Notes under the pieces: generated by a model
Seen by the model: only the letters and a program-made list of their open reading frames with translations
What the model was told of the DNA's origin: nothing
Database searches by the model: none
Made by a program: the position numbers and the translations under genes
Assembly (NCBI GenBank): GCA_012295275.1
Contig: CM022671.1
Coordinates: 5,828,001-5,892,000, forward strand
Direction: 5' to 3'
DNA: 64,000 nt
Source of the DNA: Chrysomallon squamiferum
Taxonomy: Eukaryota; Animalia; Mollusca
In this document: piece by piece, positions 55,440 to 64,000 of the stretch
Layout: each line of letters opens with the position of its first letter
Position numbering within the stretch: position 1 is the stretch's first letter

Positions 55440-55710
55440 GTTGATAATGATATCCAAATACCCTTTATGGTGATATGCAAATACCTGTGATAGTGATATC
55501 CAAATATCCTTAATAGTGATATCCAAACACCCTTAATAGTGATATCCAAACACCATTTATAGTGACACCCAAATACCCTTGATAGTGATATCCAAATACC
55601 TTTATAGTGACACCCAAACACACTTAATAGTGATATCTAAACACCCTTAATAGTGATATCCAAATACCCTTGATAGTGATATCCAAATATCCTTTATAAT
55701 GTTATCCAAA
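55440..55710. repeat. ~22-23 bp minisatellite, ~12 copies
   Basis: Unit tagtgatatccaaa(t/c)acccttaa repeated in tandem. Confidence 0.95.
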
Positions 55711-57319
55711 AGCCATTGAGATAAGCAACTAGTGTACGTGAATACGTGTATATTTCATTAAGCTGGAGATAACATTATTTTGTAAAATTCATTTCAGTAT
55801 AATATGAAACATCTCATTGTAACGGATTTCACTTATATGAAAAATCTACTGGTAACGGACTGAATACCACAGTCACGTAACGTGTCTTACGTAACGTACT
55901 ACTGATAAGAAGAACGTTATTATAACGTTACACCTCGTTTTAGATGTCAATCATAGTTTTTATGACGTGTCTAACACCCATTTCATACTTCCTGTACAAA
56001 CTTCCTACGACTCTCATAATCGATGACACATACCCCTTCTCGACGTTTCTTACAAAACATCGTGAAAGACCGCAACGAACTAAGTGAAAGCAATCTTAGC
56101 GCTGAACTCATCAAATGGGCATCACGAGATCGATAGAAGCAGTTGTTGCCAATGAAGTAGTTTGTCCATGACGTGCACCACGCTGCTGAAAGGCTATCAA
56201 ACACTCATTCACTATCTCATCTGAAGAAAACCTTTTTTTCTTTTCTTTCTTTTAAATTACGTTCTGTTATTTTAGTTAGGTTTTTTTTCATTCTTTTTTT
56301 TTTTCAGAGATTGCGAGAAAGATTCTTTCAGTGACTTCATTATCTGTGTCTTCGTTTTCGTTGATACTGTTATCATTTTCTTTTTCATATTTCAGTTGTT
56401 GTTTTTTTCTTTCTTCTGGTTCTTTCTCTTTACGTTTTGTTCTCATTTTAATTATTTATCTTCAATAAGAACTATAATAACTACAAATATTACTACTATT
56501 ATTATAGCTATTTACTGCTACTTCTTCTACTTCTTCTGCTACTATTACTACTACTACTACCACCACATCTACTTATACCCATATTACTGCTACAATTACG
56601 CCAACTCTACTGCTAAAACTACTACTTCTACCACCATTATTTCTACAACTACTACAGCGCTAATGCTGCTACAACTACTAATAAAACAATTACTACCACT
56701 ATTACTACTACTACTGCTTCTACCATTACTTTACAGCTACAACTACTAAAACGCTGCTACTATTGTTACTACTACAACTATTTACTAGTACAAAAACTAC
56801 TGCTAATAATAATAATATTAATATTACTATTACTACTATAGCTACTACTTTTGCAATAACTGCGACAACAGTTACCACTACATCGCTATAACAATTCCGA
56901 AGCGTGATGATGGTATTATTTTCGTCCTGTGAGCGGCCGACCACTTGAATTTACGACATTTTCCTTTATGGAATCATTTCACAAAAGGCTCAGTCTAATC
57001 TCGAGTTATTATTTTGTGAGTGGCGGCAAAGCCAAAAAAGCCATCTCGAACTAACACAGGCTGGAAATGAGGTTTTTAACACGATTAAAATCAAATGATT
57101 TGAAGTCATTCCGCTCGCTTCACATGAAATGTTTCTTTTTTCACTTTTCTTTTTTCAGTTCACGAACAAAAATTTAAATAACGAACGAATGAGTGAAAGA
57201 CGACAAGAAAGACAGGTAGAAGAAAAATAACACTTTTTTTTCCCCCCGCTATATTTCATTGCTTTACTGAAGGAAAGAAGGAATTAAGAATAAATTTAAA
57301 AATACAGTTAATTTCTAGC

Positions 57320-57500
<181 letters not shown>

Positions 57501-57919
57501 TAATTCTTTTTCTTCTTCTTTTTATTATTATTATTGTTGTTTTTGTTGGTTTGTTGCTATTGTTATCATTTCAGTTCGTTTGAAAAAAACTATATAAAAA
57601 CTATTTTTAAAATATAAAACTAACTAAGGATTATTTGCGTTCTCATGTTATGGTTGCATGTTTTCCAATTATTTTCAATATTATTTCTTCTCGCAAATAA
57701 AGTACTTTTCAGTGAAGTAAATTCAGAACGGTACACGGAAATAAAATGAATGTGATTATTAATTTTGCACACGCAAGTTTTGGTGCAGAACTGTTCTGTT
57801 CTCAGTAGGAGTGTAGGAGTGTAATCTTTGCGATGATTTCCTTCTGAAATTGTTTTCCTCTAAGATAGACCCATCTCCTAGAGATATAATGCTGTCTGTG
57901 ATTGGTTTTTTTTTATGTG

Positions 57920-57921
<2 letters not shown>

Positions 57922-58005
<84 letters not shown>

Positions 58006-58109
58006 CTCTCTCTCTATATATATATATACATACACACACACACACACACACATACACACAGACTCGCACACACACATGTATAATCTCTTTTCATTCTTCT
58101 CTGTTTGTC

Positions 58110-58155
<46 letters not shown>
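57922..58155. repeat. (CT)n/(TA)n/(CA)n compound microsatellite
   Basis: Direct reading of the sequence. Confidence 0.95.
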
Positions 58156-58948
58156 TTCTGTCTTTCGATCTGTATCACGTGTGTAAGTGTTTTAGTTTCC
58201 TACTTCCAAAATTGTTTTCATATCATTTTTACCAGTAAGTACCATTTAAATATTCGTCCACAGATAATGTATAAAACTAAGACTTCTCAAAGTGAATTAT
58301 TTTCATACCTACTTAAAACAAACAAATTTTCGCCCGGCGAGATTTCCGGCTGATTACGGACGCTCAGACGACCCATTCCGGTACGCAGCGATAATCTTTG
58401 ATTGGCTGCCGAGAGTTGAGTGACGGCTTTAGCCGATTCGGCGTGTCTGATTTGATTATCCTATCGTACCGGCCTTATAGTTCGCGTCTTACTTTGAACC
58501 CGCGCTATCAAAATTTTGTGTGAATGTATTTCTAGGAAAGTATTGCTGTTAATTAATATCTGGACATTTCAGTGTGTCGCTGTAGGTAAGTAGTATTTTC
58601 GTTTTGCGTTTTTTTTTTTTTTTGCCTTTAATCTTTTATATGTATTTTTCAAACAAAACTTTCGATGTAGCAAACGTGAATCGGTAGAATGGACGAGAAA
58701 TAACGTAAATTTGCCTTTGACGGAAATCGATCGTAGAACATAAAGAACTTGATTATAATAATAATTATTAAAACAAAACAAATTGTGTGTGTGGCTGTGT
58801 GTGTGTGTTTTTTTGTGTGGGTGGGTTTTTTTTTTACACGTATTAATATGCTCAGTTCTCGCTGTCTGTTTTTTTTTTTTTTTTTTTTATTAATTTATTA
58901 TTATTTATTTTATTATCATCATCATCATCATCATCATTATCATCATCA

Positions 58949-58991
<43 letters not shown>

Positions 58992-61367
58992 CTCGTTTTC
59001 TCTCTTATAAACCTGCATTTCTTTAATTATTTCCATCCAGTTTGTCTGTCTCTGGCTCTGTTTCCTCCTCTTCACTAGTCATATAATGAGTATAACACAG
59101 AGGTTTAAATTAGCAAACACGTCATAATCTTACAAAAAAATAGTTTAGGTGTGCTAACTCGCTGAAAAACAATACGTCTTGGTTTTCAACACACAGATAT
59201 TAAAATCGTGAGTCACACTGTTCTTTGCAAAAGATATTTATTGAATAAATAAATGTGCTACACAAAACTTCATCTTGTTCATAAAACAAAGACGTGAGCA
59301 CTTCAGACACCAACCTGGTGCCAAACATAATAATGGAGTTCTCGCCCCAAGGGAGGAATTCAAAAAAGAAACAACACATGGCTTTCAGGAACGGCGGATT
59401 TATTATCTTACTCGAGCAGAAACAGACGGTATTGTTTTTATTCACAATTTAAGTTTAATGCATGACGCATTAAAAACGAACGAAGTAATTAAAGGTTAAT
59501 TTAAAGAGGGTTTTGATTTATTAAAAAAAATAAAAATAAAAACAAACAAACAAAAAAAATCATTATTCATTTCATTGTAGATTTAAAATGGTTTCCGATA
59601 AATTCGGTAAACAAATGGTTTGCTTTATTTTATTTTATTTTTTTTTTTCTTAAGAGAAACTGTCAAGGGAGATAAATGTTTAAACTAATTAAAGTGTCTG
59701 TTTTGTCATATGTCGTAACAAACTGAAAAGCTTCACGCGATAACAAAAATGAAAATTTGTATTTGCTTTTGTGTTGATAACTAACAGCAACAATCGTTTT
59801 TCTTATTTTAATACATTTATTATCATCTTCATCCATCATGATCATCATCATCATTATTATTATTACTATACTTCTATACTTTGGTGATATAAACACATTA
59901 AACATTTATTTTTCTGATTTGTAGATAACATGGGTTTTTTCTTAATAAAGTGTTTGTTTTTATTGGTTTCTTTTGTTAAAGTGTTAATGCTAATATAGTT
60001 GTTGTTTTTTTGTTGTTTTTTTTTTGATTTTCTGACAAATAGGCTATACAGATTTGTGCCTTTCCAACTGATTTTTTAAAATTATTATTAAACTTTTTTT
60101 ATATTAATAATATTATATTATATTTATTATTACTTTATGTTGTGTTATATTATGCCATGTTGTGTTATGCTGTTATGTTATGCTATGCTATGCTATGCTA
60201 TGCTAGTTTATTAAACTATACGAACCAGTTTATGCTACCACATAGCTTAATACGTTTCATAAATATGCAAATTATTTTGGGGTGCCTTATAATAATAAAC
60301 TATTCCAATAATACAAGAACGACAATGTAACAATTCATTGGCGATATTCGGAGGGCTCCTTTTCCTTTCTTATTTTCACCCAAAGTTACAAATTTAGAAA
60401 TAAATCAAAACTTCTGCCAGAAAAAAAAAAAAAAAAAAAAAAAGAAATAGTTTATTTACAAGTCGTAAACAAATCCATCTGCCACTTGACTCGACATCAA
60501 AATAACTGAAACATTACAACTGTATTTTCATTGTACTAAACTGAATTATCTTCAGAAAACTTTAAGTTTAGCTTCATCCTTCTCTAAGCTTACTTTTGTG
60601 TTCAAACTGTTGCAGGGTTGTCAAAATAATATTTCTGTGGGTTTTGAAAACGTCTGAGTGGTGCACCGAGAATAAGAGTCGTAAAGAGTCTCGATAAAAC
60701 AAGAACCATTAGCGTCAGACGTCGTTTGATTCGTACGCTATCTCAGTACTCGAGACACTCGTCAAGAGCGTGTTCGATTGCACCAGAATATCATTTTGTT
60801 GATTCTGTTGAGAAAAACAGAGATATGACATAAATGTGATAGAAATAAACTGCAATAATGATATTTTTTTTTACTTCAGCAACAACATCAGCAATAACGA
60901 CATGGACGATGATGAACTGTTTTTTAGTGACATTTAGTATTATTTAGTAATATATTTTTTTCCCATATAAGATTTTATAACTTTGGCTGTAAATGATATC
61001 CCTCTGTCTGCGTCTCTGTCTCTGTCTATCACTCTCCTTTTGTCTCAGTTCTGTGTCTTTCTCAGTATTATATATATAGATCTCTTTTCCTTTCGCTCTT
61101 TCTTTCCATCCCTGTCCTTCCTCTCTCTCTCTCTCTGTATCTATCCACGTGTGTGTGATTGTGTAGAATTTTAAATCAGTTCATCAAGACAGTTAAACTA
61201 GATATTTATTCTAACACAAGCACAGCAGACATAAACGCTACATTTGCAGCATATTAGCTGCTAAAGTATTTTTCTATTCTGTTTCTCCTGTATAAAAAAA
61301 TAAATAAAACAACACAACCGATATAACTGTATTGGCTATAATTTTCACCTGGCGATATATTTACCTT

Positions 61368-61422
<55 letters not shown>

Positions 61423-61757
61423 AATATATATTTTAACAATTAAAAACTGAAGTCACTGACATCGACCTAGATTTCTCTCTCGTACTTTTATATATACAAT
61501 ATATATTTAACGACATTTGTATGCACTTTTTCTTTTCACTGCGTCGTTTTAACCTTCATTTTTTTTTCTTGCTCTGTGCAAATAACGGATAGATATATAA
61601 ATGTTTAATAAACATACCACTCAGCAGTTCTGTTGAGTTCTGTGTGGTAGGCGTAGAAATGAATCAATGAATAATAGCAGTATAGAAGATAATTTTAAAA
61701 AGAGTGTAAAAAAACTGCACCCTAATAATAAATAAATAAATTTGGTGTATATATAGA

Positions 61758-61874
<117 letters not shown>

Positions 61875-62186
61875 GCGTATGTACATATATAAGCTGAATG
61901 GATGAATGAATAAACAAATACTTAAAAAAACAAAAAAAAAACAACAACAAAAAGACCAAAAAAATCAGTCAAACCAACAACATAACAGTTACAAAATTCT
62001 ATGACTATAACTAAATAAATAATAGTAAAATAAAATCAATAATGAAGCAAACAACCAACAAACATCACACCTGAATAATCAAGAAAACAAATAAATTTAA
62101 ATTAAAACAAACAAAAAAAAAATTCACTCTTAACTAAAATAAAAATGTAATACTGTTTAACAATTTCAGTTACAAGTTCAAGCTGA

Positions 62187-62247
<61 letters not shown>

Positions 62248-62499
62248 GATTCCACAAAATGTTTTTCTAATTTCACCAAGATTGTATTTCGTCAAAGTCT
62301 GAAACGACTTCGAAATAACGTCATAGAATAACGTTTTATTTTCTTTCCTTTTTTTTTTTTTTTTTTTTTTGGCCCTCTTCTTTTTATCATAGTTGTCTTT
62401 CCCTGACGAGTAAATAAAACGTGGTATGGCTTGTTAGACGATGTTTTTATTGCATCTCGTCTAATATTGATCACTTCTGAAGAAAAGGATTAACAACAA

Positions 62500-62598
62500 T
62501 CCACTCCGCTTTGAAGTAGGATCGCGATAAAAATGGCGGTGGACGCGTTCGGGCGATTATAGCAGTACGTTCTGAGACTGAAACCTCGATAAGTGAGT
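62500..62598 (+). promoter_or_regulatory. Probable promoter / first (non-coding) exon of a downstream gene
   Basis: A CpG-rich patch carries TTTGAA (62510), the palindrome ATCGCGAT (62521), YY1-type AAAATGGCGG (62530-62539) and a consensus donor aa|GTGAGT at 62593, followed by T-rich intron-like sequence. Confidence 0.55.
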
Positions 62599-63303
62599 TG
62601 TTCTGTGAAACGTTTTACTTGTAGAGTTTAGCTGGAAGTGATTTGTAGGGTATTATTTTAGCAGATATTTTACAGAAATTCTTCGTTTGTTATTTATTTT
62701 TTTTTTTTTGTGTGTGTGTTTGTTTAGCTGTTTATTTTCCTGTTCTTCTGCTTTTAAAATTGTTTTTAATTTTTTAATTTTTTTAAACTAGAGTTGTAGG
62801 TTTGAAATTGATGCGATTTTCAGTGGTATTTTTTAAATTATGTTTTAATGTATGGGTCTTGTTTTATATATATATATATATAACAGCACAACTGCTGTAT
62901 AGGTTATCACTTAACGATTACCGTTTCAAACTGAAATGCGAGTTTCTGGGATGTTTTAACAGCATTTTATGATCAGTAAATTTACTAGTTTTTGTTTCTT
63001 TTCAGCTTTATGTGTATTTTATTTTTGTTTTGTGACAAAAACTGCGATAACTGCTTAAATGTAATATCGCTTTGAGTACTTCAAGTGTTGTATTCAGTTT
63101 GAATTTCTACACCAGACCTGACAAGACGTGGTCAAACTAATTGAAAAGCTATACTCGATCATAAAATGGAAATTTGAAATTGTTTATGTTAAAAACATGT
63201 ACGCAATAACTGACACATTAAACATATAGCTGTGTTGTTAATGTACTTTAAAATATATAATCAATATCGATCAATAAAAATATAATAAATAATATAAAAT
63301 ATA

Positions 63304-63334
<31 letters not shown>

Positions 63335-63448
63335 AAATATAAATTATATAAAAAATATAAATAAATAAAGTAATAACTAACCAACCAACAGAGCTTCTAA
63401 GTTAGTTTTTATTCTTTCTGTCTATGTGTCTGGTTATCTCTCTATCTC

Positions 63449-63479
<31 letters not shown>

Positions 63480-63628
63480 GTCTGTCTCTATTCTGTCTAT
63501 CTATCTATTTAACCATCTGTCTATATATATATCTTTGTCTGTCTGTTTAACCATCTGTCTATATATATCTTTGTCTGTCTGTCTGTCTTTATATCTATCT
63601 ATATGTGTATTTATCTTTATGTCTGTAT

Positions 63629-63712
<84 letters not shown>

Positions 63713-64000
63713 GTGATTGTCTTACTTTATTTAACAAAGGTGTGTGTTTTAAATCACTGTAACATGTCTCTAAACCATGTGAGACTCGGACAATTGTTTT
63801 TATTTGTCTTTCTTAGTAAACCCAATTACACTTACTGCTTAAAACACGAGAGGCTGTTAATGTATTTTCTTTCACGTCAAAAGTCCAATTAAAATACTTT
63901 TATTATTAATAGGCTAATCTGCGATCAAGTTCAGTAACTCTGCATTAGCGCGAAGTTATCTCCTCTTGGAATCTGCCCTACTGGTAGGAATTATGTTTTT

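Noticed and set aside
59275-59499. 74-aa plus-strand ORF of ordinary composition
   Set aside because: Non-ATG start, no flanking splice sites or homology recognised, and a length expected by chance.

Overview
AT-rich, microsatellite-laden, intron-rich animal genomic DNA, most consistent with a mollusc (gastropod-like SINE remnants; inference). The left half (1-32.6 kb) is gene-dense and CpG-depleted. It holds four genes that I spliced by hand: the 3' part of MPHOSPH9 (+, 15 exons), a complete ANAPC7 (-, 17 exons, 560 aa), PTRH2 (+, head-to-head with ANAPC7), and a minus-strand gene. That last gene encodes an unusual ~303-aa fusion of a Tpt1/KptA (tRNA 2'-phosphotransferase)-like N-terminal RNA lobe with a degenerate Arg-His motif, a BC-box/cullin-box-like segment and AMN1-like leucine-rich repeats; it is the most interesting item here. 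PTRH2 and the fusion gene each carry one small frameshifting insertion (assembly error or real allele, unresolved). The right half (33-62 kb) has no recognisable protein gene. It contains a transposase-like relic, an array of heat-shock elements, a strong CTCF motif, CpG-rich islands with minus-strand splice signals and many simple repeats, and ends in a probable promoter/first exon near 62.5 kb. Most ORF-track entries are microsatellite artefacts. Family assignments come from remembered motifs, not database searches.
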